A DNA stretch of 61,108 nt, filler included, from Asterionella formosa (Eukaryota): assembly GCA_002256025.1 (NCBI GenBank). It is 5 parts of 5 records of this genome, joined end to end, with 100 filler letters (N's around TTAATTAATTAA, not from the genome) between each part and the next. Parts side by side here need not be neighbours in the genome. Positions count along the whole stretch, not along the records: positions 36,749 to 48,878 come from NKIB01007787.1; positions 48,979 to 61,108 come from NKIB01007794.1; 3 more parts are not named here. One strand, 5' to 3'. Each line of letters begins with the position of its first letter. Position 1 is the first letter of the stretch. The position numbers and the translations under genes were made by a program. Shown one piece after another: positions 48,711 to 58,614 of the stretch. The notes below the pieces were generated by a model. That model had not been told where the DNA came from and ran no database searches. It worked only from the letters and a program-made list of their open reading frames with translations.

Positions 48711-48978
48711 CACATTTGCTGGGTGGTACAGGAAACTCCCTTCTTCCTCAGCAGTATGTGGAAAATTCCTTATGTGTATTGTGCACAGACCTTGCTGTTT
48801 ATTTTCCAAATATCATGCGAAATTCTAGTCGCGCGTTCTTCTCCGAAGTTCGCGTACTTCTTTAAAGAAAGTACGAGTNNNNNNNNNNNNNNNNNNNNNN
48901 NNNNNNNNNNNNNNNNNNNNNNTTAATTAATTAANNNNNNNNNNNNNNNNNNNNNNNNNNNNNNNNNNNNNNNNNNNN

Positions 48979-49835
48979 AGAACAATATCAAGGATTTCGA
49001 ATTTCCCGAGGCACGAGATCACTCAATGAAGGCTGCGGCAAGCCTGTCAGGGTTGAAGTTACCAGCAACCTTCCACGAGAGCAGCACCAATGCATTCATA
49101 GATAATATCGATGATGTCAAGACACATCACAAATCCGTGCAACCTGCAGAACCCCTGCCAGCTTCGAAGATATCAGAACAGGGGCAAGAGAATATAATGC
49201 ACACCCCTAAAAAGGTATTGGATTTGACAGGAGACCCCGACCTATCCAAGCCACCCGATGTTACCGAGGAGCCTAATTTTATACTGATTGAATCTAGTGA
49301 CGAGGACGAACCAGAAAATGTTTGCAGTGAGCAACAAAGACCGAATCATCTTAACTACATTCGAGGAAAGCTATATCCCAAGAGGACACAAACCTTCAGA
49401 TTACATTGGAATATTCGATCCAAGTCAGACACATCCAACCCAACGAAGTTTCAAAAGACAAACGACTACAACTATGAAAAGTCACGAAATGAAGCACTTG
49501 CAGAGCAGGAGCGCTTGCTGACCAGCGCTCATGCGCGCATGCGAAGAGAAAAGGAGCGCATCCATGTCCTTCATCACAACCAAAGCTTTCCACTGGATGG
49601 TCCCACATTTACGAGGCCAATATCTGACTTGACCAAGCTCAGTCGAGATCATTTCAAGTGGCTGGACCTGCATGCACGAATGGGATTGCCGAAGGATGCA
49701 ACTCATACTATGATCAAGAGCCAATATCGCAAACTAGCGCTAGCATATCATCCTGACAAGTGCACACTAGCAGATGCTTCGACAAGATTTCAAGCCATAA
49801 CGGAAGCGTATCATAAATTAATTGGAAAGGAATGA
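48979..49835 (+). CDS. Protein with a C-terminal DnaJ (J) domain, possibly 5'-truncated by the gap
   Basis: IKSQYRKLALAYHPDK...FQAITEAYHKL; the reading frame stays open from the first ATG (49026) back to the gap. Confidence 0.8.
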
Positions 49836-50275
49836 GCTTTTCGTGTTTGGTCCACTTGAAAGTCATTGAGACGAATCTTGTTTTGATGCCTGCTATTGTA
49901 TGCTGCATTCTTTGATGTTGACCATGCTCGCCTCATGACTTCGGTTGGTGAGTTGGTTGTGATGAAGCACACAATTGAAGTGTTCCGAACTTTGGTGGAC
50001 ATTTTTTGGAATAAAAGCGCCTTTCAAGGCCTTGGTCGCTACATGTTGTTTGTATTGTCATGAAGGGTGAAGTGTCGACTTTTACTCGGCGGGGCACAAG
50101 TTGCTTGTTTCCAAAAATTCCAATTTGCAGCGCTTTCAAAATTACCAGTAGGGCAGCTTCCCATCAGACTCCAACAAGCACCTGAATCAACAGGGTGCCG
50201 TATCGCAATGTGAGTCATCATAACTTAAACGACAAACAATTGTGAAATGCTAACAGTCGATTCTATTCTATGTGG

Positions 50276-51280
50276 TTAGTCTGTGCTTTCTACCCTTCGC
50301 TGCTCATTGACTCTATTGATTGCGGCGTAAATATTGTCTGCAGTCCAATCGTCTTTCGTCAGCGCATCTTCAAGGGAAAATTGAGCCTGTTGCGTTCTCG
50401 TCAAGTGAGTCATTGTCGCGACAGAATCCAACTTGTACCCGATGTCCCGTATTAGCGATCGAATATACGTTCCTCCTCCGCACTCGATGTTGATATCAAA
50501 GCTAGGTAACGTAGCGTCAACTAGTTCAAGCTTGTAAACAGTAACTTTCCGGGATTCAATCTCAAGATCCTCTGCCGTCTTCCCCTCTCTCCCCGCTTCA
50601 TACAATTTCTTTCCGTTCTTCTTAATCGCAGAAAATATTGGCGGGATTTGCTGAATGTCGCCGGTGAACAAAGGAAGACATTTCTGAACAGCATCGACGG
50701 TGATATGATCTGTCGGCATTCTCTTGGTAACATTTCCTGACGGAGACATGTCAAGCGTTGTCGTTTCGAAACCAAATTCTCCACGTGCGAAATACTTTTT
50801 CGAGCCAGACAAGTAGGATTGCAGTTCTTTGGTGCCCTTTCCAATCCCCACCACAAGCACTCCGGTGGCAAGCGGGTCTAACGTGCCGCCGTGTCCAGCT
50901 CGAATGATGCGGCTTTTATTCTTCCTCGAAGTCACTTTGGTTGTAGTTCCTCCTCTACGGCGAGTATCTCCTTCCAACAACCCTCGAATGTAACTCACCA
51001 CATCGCTAGAAGTCCACTCCAGGGGCTTTACCACGGAAAATATTCCTTCTGCTCTATAGAGAGCAACATCGTCAGATAAATTAATTTGATCATCGGAAGA
51101 AGTGGAGCTATGTAACGCAATTGCTAGCTTGAAACCACGGCAACGTGGTTTGCCAGCAAAGGAAAAACCCAGAGCACCTCGCGATAGACCGGCTTGTAGC
51201 AGCGCCATGAAATTGATCACTCGCAGTAGTGGCGAGATTCGGAGTGAGGCCGGTGACGACTTTGCGGCAAGCAAGAACAT
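50276..51280 (-). CDS. truB: tRNA pseudouridine(55) synthase, TruB family, organelle-targeted
   Basis: KPLEWTSSDVV, AGHGGTLDPLATGVLVVG, QQIPPIFSAIKKNGKKLYE and CGGGTYIRSLIRDIG; N-terminal presequence-like extension. Confidence 0.93.
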   Translation of the reverse strand: MFLLAAKSSPASLRISPLLRVINFMALLQAGLSRGALGFSFAGKPRCRGFKLAIALHSSTSSDDQINLSDDVALYRAEGIFSVVKPLEWTSSDVVSYIRGLLEGDTRRRGGTTTKVTSRKNKSRIIRAGHGGTLDPLATGVLVVGIGKGTKELQSYLSGSKKYFARGEFGFETTTLDMSPSGNVTKRMPTDHITVDAVQKCLPLFTGDIQQIPPIFSAIKKNGKKLYEAGREGKTAEDLEIESRKVTVYKLELVDATLPSFDINIECGGGTYIRSLIRDIGYKLDSVATMTHLTRTQQAQFSLEDALTKDDWTADNIYAAINRVNEQRRVESTD

Positions 51281-52101
51281 AAGTGTAACAATCCGTCTCT
51301 ATACTCTTGGAATTGCAAATGAGAATAGTTTAATTAGACGACGGCAATCTTCATTTTCGTCACCGTCGCCCATGATTACTTTCCTTGTTTTCTTTCTACG
51401 TAACATGTATGTTGTACTACATTACTACTACCGGTATGCTGTAGCTACCGACACTCTTCCTCCTGCTACATAATTTTTTTGATCATATCCACTTATTTTA
51501 TCACGATGGGTTTAATGTTTAATGTTGATGGTGCCAATACTTGATAGGATATGGGCAGTTTTTAATTTAGACCACCAACCAGTATTGTCCTTAACTCTTC
51601 TCATGATCACGTTGTCCATCAATTTCGAATCTGACCCTCACAATTAAAATTGAATCTATGGTTCCTTGTACCAGGGTATATACCAGGGGTGGATTCTGTG
51701 AGGTAACCATTCACTAAAGACAACAATTTTACTATTCTGGACCTCGGAGTTGTCAACCTATCCTGTCTCCTTCAAGCGGCCGACAGGAAAATACTACCTT
51801 AGTGATACTACCTACAATTTTGCTTACCTTCAAAATATGTGCAGGTACTAACTAAGTAAGGGAAATATCATAGTACCCTCGTTGTCATCTTTGTGTTTCC
51901 GGGGTCCGCAACCTCACTTACGGTAAAGCATGGCAATTCTGCCATTGTAAATAGTCTTCACACAGCCATGACAATTTCTCATGGCAGACAACAACATTAG
52001 TCACTTATTGATACAACATTTCAGGGCTATGCGCTATGTAGTTATATATTCTCTCATATTGTAATAGGTTTTTAGTTGTCACTCTTTCACTTATGAAATT
52101 C

Positions 52102-52860
52102 TCAAGCCACAAGTCCGGCAGCGAGATAGGAGCCATGCACCACAATAGCACAAAGACCAATCAAATTCGTCAAGCTCGACATCCCGTGAAACTTACCAAA
52201 GTCTCCAGCGAGCTTTTTGTATTCCTTACTTTCCTTGCCTCCAGGCAATTCTTCCAATTCATATCTGTCAAACATGATTTTGGAAGATCGAGGTTCCAAG
52301 TAGAATTGGTTGAGAAGAGTCATCACAAAAGCCAACCCAACAGCCCTGGTGGCATTTGCACCCAATTTTAGCGTAGGGAGGGTAATCAATTGCAGCAACA
52401 AGCTTATAGAGCACAACCCAAAGTACTTGGGAAAGAGTTTGCTCTGAAGTCTGCCGAACGTTTGACGGGGAAGATTCTTGTACATGGTAATACCAGCCAC
52501 AAATGTCGTGTACACAACTGTTCCGAAATATGTTGCAAAACTCAACAGGTGAATGGTGGCACCAGCTTTGGTGGACAGGAACGACGAGGCACGGAAATTC
52601 TGGGCAAATGCAAGTGCCCCAAGAATGCTGCCGAAGCGAAAGACAGGCGTGTTCCAGATGCGACCAGGAGTCCAATTGGAAGGGTCCCAGCCGGAGAGAG
52701 TCTCAACGGGCTTCGCAGTTTGAAACAAAAAAGATTTGCTAGCAGGAATGGTTGAAGCACGCTTTGCAATAGCAGAAGGCGAAGTATGAAAAGCCAAAGT
52801 ACCGGCGGCCAATACTAGGCACGCCAATAAGTTGACAGTAGCAAGAGTGATTAGCTTCAT
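52102..52860 (-). CDS. TMEM205/DUF4149-like membrane protein with a bipartite plastid-type presequence
   Basis: MKLITLATV...TLA-F presequence; TFVAGITMYKNLPRQTFGRLQSKLFPKYF and FGKFHGMSSLTNL. Confidence 0.85.
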   Translation of the reverse strand: MKLITLATVNLLACLVLAAGTLAFHTSPSAIAKRASTIPASKSFLFQTAKPVETLSGWDPSNWTPGRIWNTPVFRFGSILGALAFAQNFRASSFLSTKAGATIHLLSFATYFGTVVYTTFVAGITMYKNLPRQTFGRLQSKLFPKYFGLCSISLLLQLITLPTLKLGANATRAVGLAFVMTLLNQFYLEPRSSKIMFDRYELEELPGGKESKEYKKLAGDFGKFHGMSSLTNLIGLCAIVVHGSYLAAGLVA

Positions 52861-53394
52861 GGGAAAAGAATTACAATGAACCACAACCAAAGTAGGAAAT
52901 AATGGCAACTGGAAAATGCTATGCAGCCGACAAGGCAGCGTGTGGCGATTCAATGGGGAGCGATGCGAAGCCAATTTTCTTTCGGTGACATCATATGATA
53001 GAGGATCGCTCTTCGAGGATATCTTCGGATCGGAGATTAAATTGTTGAAATGACCGCAACTAGCTCTGTTATACTGTACAAGGTTCTCGGAGTACCTGGT
53101 AGGCACGTAGACCGACGGTTGGTTGATGGCCGATGCTGTAGGATGATGGCAATTGATACGGTAGCAGGTCCAGGTACCCTGGTACGGATTAATTAATACC
53201 TAGCTAATTGTGTATGTCGGGAATGTCCGGTATACCGATTCTACAGGGTATCTATAAGCGCTGGTATTCCACCAGGTAATTGTTTGAAAAAAACCCCAGG
53301 GGCAACTACTAAATCGGGGGATAAAAATAGAATAACTATTGAAGATCCCCATAAATTGTAACAACAATAATACATTTCTGTCAATCTGGGTCCT

Positions 53395-56300
53395 TCAATC
53401 AATTGTAAACATAGGTCCATCATCCAGTAGTGTCAAATGTCGACACTCGAAACTGTAAGGTAGGTACTTGACAGGCAGATCAGTGAATCGTTCGTCCTGT
53501 CTTGACCACGTCGCTTCGATTGCTTTACTTTCAGGAGCTTTGAGATATTTTTTAACATGCAGAATCAATTCTGTACAGGAGCCGAAATCATCCGCAAACC
53601 ATTGACAAATACGTGGAAGCGTGAGAATAGTCTGGCCACGTTTCACGACAACTGATACGACAGGATTTAGGTAGTTACGACAAGAAGCGTCCAACTGTTG
53701 CTCTAACTTTTCCCCTCTATACATCGGAACGGCTCCAGGATTGCTAAGACTTCCGCAATTAAGTGCAAAATTAATCCTGAAGTCACTCTGCGTTAAGGCG
53801 AACCGGTACTGAGATTTTGGAAGAACAAACTTACTCACAAAGTTAGAAGGATAGTTCATTGATGCTCGAATAATGTTATGCTCAAGTTCCGTCAATGAAA
53901 AAATTTCATCGGAACATTGGTACGAAATAGTGTTGAAGTAGCTGATCCACTGGAACGAGCTGTTGGGTGGACCAAGGACCAAAAATGCGTGCATAATCAT
54001 GACGTGATAGAGGTTCAAAAAGAACGCAAGTCGCTCCCGCTCGGACAGTTCATTCACGTTGACTTCTTTCAGAAAAGATGCACTGTTCAAGAAAGCTCTC
54101 AAATTTTCCTCCTCTGAATCTTCTCGGGGTTCAAGTGCCCTCGTCAAAGCAAATTGTACTGCTGTGATGGGATCTCGGTTTGTCGGGCTAAAGCAAAATT
54201 TCCGACAATTAAGGATTCGTCTCTGCTTGCAAATCCACATAGAACTCTTATGTAAGAATTCTTCTGATGGATCATCAATGGACATCAGACTGCTTTCTTT
54301 CGATCCTTGCGATCCTGACCCATTAATACGATCCCTGCACTTGGAGGTACTAACTTCGGTCAACAACACCACCCATTCGTCACATTCTCGTTCTGAGGCA
54401 AACATGAGATAGATTGTGCGACCCAGACTTTCAATAGCCATGAACGAGAAAGACGGTAAGTTTGGGCACGCTTCGGGGCTCATCTTCTCAACTTTGACGA
54501 TGCTTCGTAAGCTCATACGATACGTATCATTAAGTCGCTCAGGATGATAAAACGCAATTTGGTGCTCGGAAATCTTGACCCATTCCTCGACCCAATGATA
54601 ATCGCTCAGAGCTCTTGCCACGAAGCAAGATTTTCGAATGATAGCTGATCGTTTCGACAACAGGTTTAGACGAGGTCTTTGTAGAAAATTCAAATCGAAC
54701 TCTGTTCTCAGCTGCTGGAAGGCGACAAGCTTTTGCGCTCCATGAGGTGATCCGTCATCTTGCGCTCTGAGATAGACCACACTCAGCATACGACGAGCTT
54801 TCTCTGTATTGGACAATCGAGGCGACCAAGCATTTTCGACTGACTTTCTAGTTGCATCCAGATTGAAATACACCGCAACTGTTGATGGTGTTCGAAAAAG
54901 TACCTTGCCACAGGCGCTGACGAATGCATATACGTTGACGTACTTTCCTTTGCTGCACATTTCAATGGACATAGGGCACATAGTATCAAGCTTTGTAAGG
55001 CTATCCCGTGGAGAATGTACGCCCTTTAGCGGGGAAGGATTTATTACTGTATCGTCCGATTCCTCGGCATCAAAATAATATTCTTCTCCGTCCGATTCTT
55101 CAACAATTGCTGGTTCTACCCCGGAACTACCTTCGGCGTCAAGCCTCGTGTTTGATTCCAAGTCATCTCCGGAATATGAAGCGGATAAATTGCTTTCAGA
55201 ATGCAGTCGTCGATGCAACTTCCATGGAAGGATTTCTTCATTTTCTTGCTTTTTGCCTCCTGGGTGAAATTTCATCTTCAAAGCAAAGAAATATGAATTA
55301 TCCTTTGTTAAATGACGTCCATTCTTGGAAGGAGTTTCATTCTCGTACAGGACAATCGAGAGAAAGGACTTGTTCCAAAACGTTCTCAAATCAATCTCAG
55401 GCGCTACAGGAACTTTAACAATCTTCCATTTCGGTAAATCAATATACATGGAATAATAACTCATGGAATATGTGTCCTCAATATTCCAATCTCCAACTGA
55501 CTTGCTTGATTTTCGTGTGTTTATGCTGTCCTGGGATTCCGGAAACGCTTCTCCCATTGCAGGTGGAGAATCGCCTGCCTTCGTCACCACTAAGCGTTCA
55601 AAAAAGGTCCATGCTGGAATCACTATATGTGATTTTTCTTCTTGCGTCTTATCTCCAAAACTATAGTGCACATTTGGATTGAAGGATCTCACCAAGTTCA
55701 GCAAAATAGAGCACATGCCCTTTGCAACTAATCCAATCTTCATCTGGTCGCTGATTTCAGCACCAGCATAAACAATGCCTCGAGGCTTGCGCTTGAACTT
55801 CCCCTGGAGCTGGAATACGAAACGTCGTTTCTTTTTGGAGAAAAGTCGTTCGTTCCAATATGGATCGGTCGTAGGGTCCTCGGGTCGAAGGATGAGCATC
55901 ATATTGCCGACAAACAGGTCTGTCTCAAATGGAACCGCAGTCGGCGTGTTCACGGGACATTCCTCCAAACGACCATACAATGAGAGCACGCTCACATCCA
56001 GCGTCGGGAATTCAGGAAGCTTCATATTTTCTTTGACAATAGTGTCAGATACAGAATCAGGTTCCATAATGGCTTTGCCATTCTGTTGGGTATCAGGCGT
56101 GTTTTTCGAAATCATTTCTCCAATCTTACTTGTCAATGTCTTCATCAAAGTCTCGCGACCTCGCTTGGTTTCCAGAACAACGGGGGTTGTCAGTAGTATT
56201 CGAGAAGACCCCGGCAATTCCAAGATGGCAATCGTAGTCATGTCGTCGCTCTGCGCGATTCTTTGGCACGATACAACTCGAGCTAACGATGAATTTGAAG

Positions 56301-56538
56301 GTAGTACTACATGGCGAAGGTGATCGCCTGACACCACTAGGACTTGAGCCATTGCATTGGGATCGCCTTTTATTAAAAAGAAGGTACAAAGGCCTTCCCC
56401 GATCAACACAATCGACTCGTTTTCTTGATGTTCACGGACAAACTTAGTTTCACAAAACACGCTGACCAGAGCTTCTGCGTCAAGGGGAGGATCCTGGGAC
56501 GAAATTATCATTACTTGCGTGTTCATGGAGGATCCCAT
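53395..56538 (-). CDS. Multidomain protein: DUF1769 + PH-like + DUF547
   Basis: PFETDLFVG...KKKRRFVFQLQGKFK...YSFGD (DUF1769); TIYLMFASERECDEWVVLL (PH C-terminal helix); LAFFLNLYH...SLTELEHNIIR...DFRINFALNCGSLSNP (DUF547). Confidence 0.8.
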   Translation of the reverse strand: MGSSMNTQVMIISSQDPPLDAEALVSVFCETKFVREHQENESIVLIGEGLCTFFLIKGDPNAMAQVLVVSGDHLRHVVLPSNSSLARVVSCQRIAQSDDMTTIAILELPGSSRILLTTPVVLETKRGRETLMKTLTSKIGEMISKNTPDTQQNGKAIMEPDSVSDTIVKENMKLPEFPTLDVSVLSLYGRLEECPVNTPTAVPFETDLFVGNMMLILRPEDPTTDPYWNERLFSKKKRRFVFQLQGKFKRKPRGIVYAGAEISDQMKIGLVAKGMCSILLNLVRSFNPNVHYSFGDKTQEEKSHIVIPAWTFFERLVVTKAGDSPPAMGEAFPESQDSINTRKSSKSVGDWNIEDTYSMSYYSMYIDLPKWKIVKVPVAPEIDLRTFWNKSFLSIVLYENETPSKNGRHLTKDNSYFFALKMKFHPGGKKQENEEILPWKLHRRLHSESNLSASYSGDDLESNTRLDAEGSSGVEPAIVEESDGEEYYFDAEESDDTVINPSPLKGVHSPRDSLTKLDTMCPMSIEMCSKGKYVNVYAFVSACGKVLFRTPSTVAVYFNLDATRKSVENAWSPRLSNTEKARRMLSVVYLRAQDDGSPHGAQKLVAFQQLRTEFDLNFLQRPRLNLLSKRSAIIRKSCFVARALSDYHWVEEWVKISEHQIAFYHPERLNDTYRMSLRSIVKVEKMSPEACPNLPSFSFMAIESLGRTIYLMFASERECDEWVVLLTEVSTSKCRDRINGSGSQGSKESSLMSIDDPSEEFLHKSSMWICKQRRILNCRKFCFSPTNRDPITAVQFALTRALEPREDSEEENLRAFLNSASFLKEVNVNELSERERLAFFLNLYHVMIMHAFLVLGPPNSSFQWISYFNTISYQCSDEIFSLTELEHNIIRASMNYPSNFVSKFVLPKSQYRFALTQSDFRINFALNCGSLSNPGAVPMYRGEKLEQQLDASCRNYLNPVVSVVVKRGQTILTLPRICQWFADDFGSCTELILHVKKYLKAPESKAIEATWSRQDERFTDLPVKYLPYSFECRHLTLLDDGPMFTID

Positions 56539-56985
56539 CGCGTGTATGGATTTCCAGTTCTATCAAAGCACTGAACCGAAAAGTTGACAATGTGCTTCAA
56601 TGCTGCCAACAAAAAAGTTAGTACATTTAATTCCCATTCGCTGATTCGATTTGTGGAATTGTGCTTGGTTCCTTTTCGTAACTTTTTACGATCGATACAT
56701 CAAATCTGAAAAAAGTCCAGACGCAGCCAAGGATGCAAAAATGGAGAAAACCAAGATTTGCAACGGCGTACGACATCCATAAAAGAAGGAGGAATGATGT
56801 ACATATTCTTACCAGCATTTAGCCTACATGATCCCACGTAAAGCCTTTTTATTTTTAGCTATCATCTACAGCCCCGTACTCGGAGTTTTTTTTTGGCTGT
56901 TCCAAGAGGATCTAGGAGAAAACCTATGGTTTCCATGGTTCTTCTGTCTTGATCGTCTCACCATGATTTTCAGCACAACTGTGGT

Positions 56986-57996
56986 ATGGCGACGAACAAA
57001 CGACTCCCCAAGAACGAACGAGCTGACTTGGTGGCTTCGTTAGAACATATAGTAACAGTTGGCTGTAGCAAACGAGACGACGTTAAACGCCAACGTGCCG
57101 CGTCCTTACAGGACACAGATCCTACTTGCAGTCATCAAGAAAGACAGTTAAAACACGCCGAAGATGTCAGGCTATACGAAACGAAAGGGGTGAAGCACCA
57201 ACGAAAGGATGCCTTCTGGGAGGAAGAGTATGGAGATGAGCTGGATTTGTATTCGTTTTATCAAACGTCGAGACGAACCTTGTATCGACCCCACACGAAC
57301 AGCAGAGCTCATGTCCCTAGAGAGATTGTTTTGCGATGCTGGGAAAGAGCCGTACAGGCAGCCTCGAATCAAATTATAATAAACGCCGAGGAGGATAACA
57401 GCAGTAAGTTCAACCATGCAAAGGAAGAAATAGCATTCGATCAACTGGCAGCGGTCGGCTCACAGAGATTGGTTGACAGCATATCAGGGGGGAGCCTATG
57501 CGAGGAAAAGCGCCATGAATCTTCGGGGGAATCCATCGAAATTGAAATTCATGAACAAGAAGTTGATCATGAGGAATCATCCGAGGAAATCACCAAAAGG
57601 CAACTCAGGACCCCGGAAGAGGCCATTCGCAAATGCCGTGAATTGAAAATTGCATCAGTGGAAGCCGTATGTTTACGCTGCCAGATTGTCTTCGATTCCG
57701 TACAGCAATGCCATATGCATTTTTATGGTACCGCTACTGTTCTGGGGTGTTGTTGGCAACTTGTAAAGGAACAAGAAATTGCTTTAATGAGAACACTCAT
57801 GGAGGCAGAAGTTAAGGCTGTGACAGATCTATGTACGAATCGTGTGGTGAACGTTATTCAGTCAGACAGGAAAATGGATTGGCAGCAAGTCTTGAGCGCT
57901 ATTGAAATCGGAGATGCGGATCCCTTGCTTCCTTCTCAAGTCGTTGAAAATATCACGAAGCGTGTTCGTCAACGATATGCGAATCTACCGTTTTAA
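56986..57996 (+). CDS. Hypothetical protein, 336 aa
   Basis: Long ATG-started ORF divergent from the DUF547 gene; CLRC-x12-HMHFYG could be a degenerate Zn finger; no family recognised. Confidence 0.6.
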   Translation: MATNKRLPKNERADLVASLEHIVTVGCSKRDDVKRQRAASLQDTDPTCSHQERQLKHAEDVRLYETKGVKHQRKDAFWEEEYGDELDLYSFYQTSRRTLYRPHTNSRAHVPREIVLRCWERAVQAASNQIIINAEEDNSSKFNHAKEEIAFDQLAAVGSQRLVDSISGGSLCEEKRHESSGESIEIEIHEQEVDHEESSEEITKRQLRTPEEAIRKCRELKIASVEAVCLRCQIVFDSVQQCHMHFYGTATVLGCCWQLVKEQEIALMRTLMEAEVKAVTDLCTNRVVNVIQSDRKMDWQQVLSAIEIGDADPLLPSQVVENITKRVRQRYANLPF

Positions 57997-58614
57997 AAGA
58001 TTTAAATTTGAACCTTGAATAGAAAAATTTCCTTAAGTTTTGATGTTTCGGTGACAATTTTTCCTGCCAGAGACAAGTATACATACATCTATAGCTGTAC
58101 CGCAAATTTTTTCATCGTTCGAACCAAAAAGCAACAATATCATGTGTGTTTCAAAATTTCGTTCCTTTGTCTATTGACCAATTATTGATATCCTTGACAT
58201 TAGATGTCGTGTAATTCACCTGCGAAAGAAATTTTCTGGGTCTGACGAGATTTTGAATCAAAGGGTGCTGTATGATATTGGGCGAGTGCACCTTGAGAAG
58301 CCAATTACACATGCAATTCAGGCCATCAAGGCCACCATTATTAGTGTGTACCTCGATTGCTCCTACCTATTTGATTCGTCACTAGTATTGGTAATACCCA
58401 AACTGAGTTCAAAATTTCTGCACATGCTTCATACTCAATTGAAAATGGGTCCGTCATACGCGAGCGCATTGTTCAAAGGATTGATCTATTCAAAATGCGA
58501 CTTTCATTGTATACTGTTTTTCATTTTGAATTCCTGTTTATGAAGAGTTCTCCAATTCGCTCACAAAATGCAGGTGGACACTCCTGTGATTTTTCTCCTC
58601 ATCAATTGACAGTC

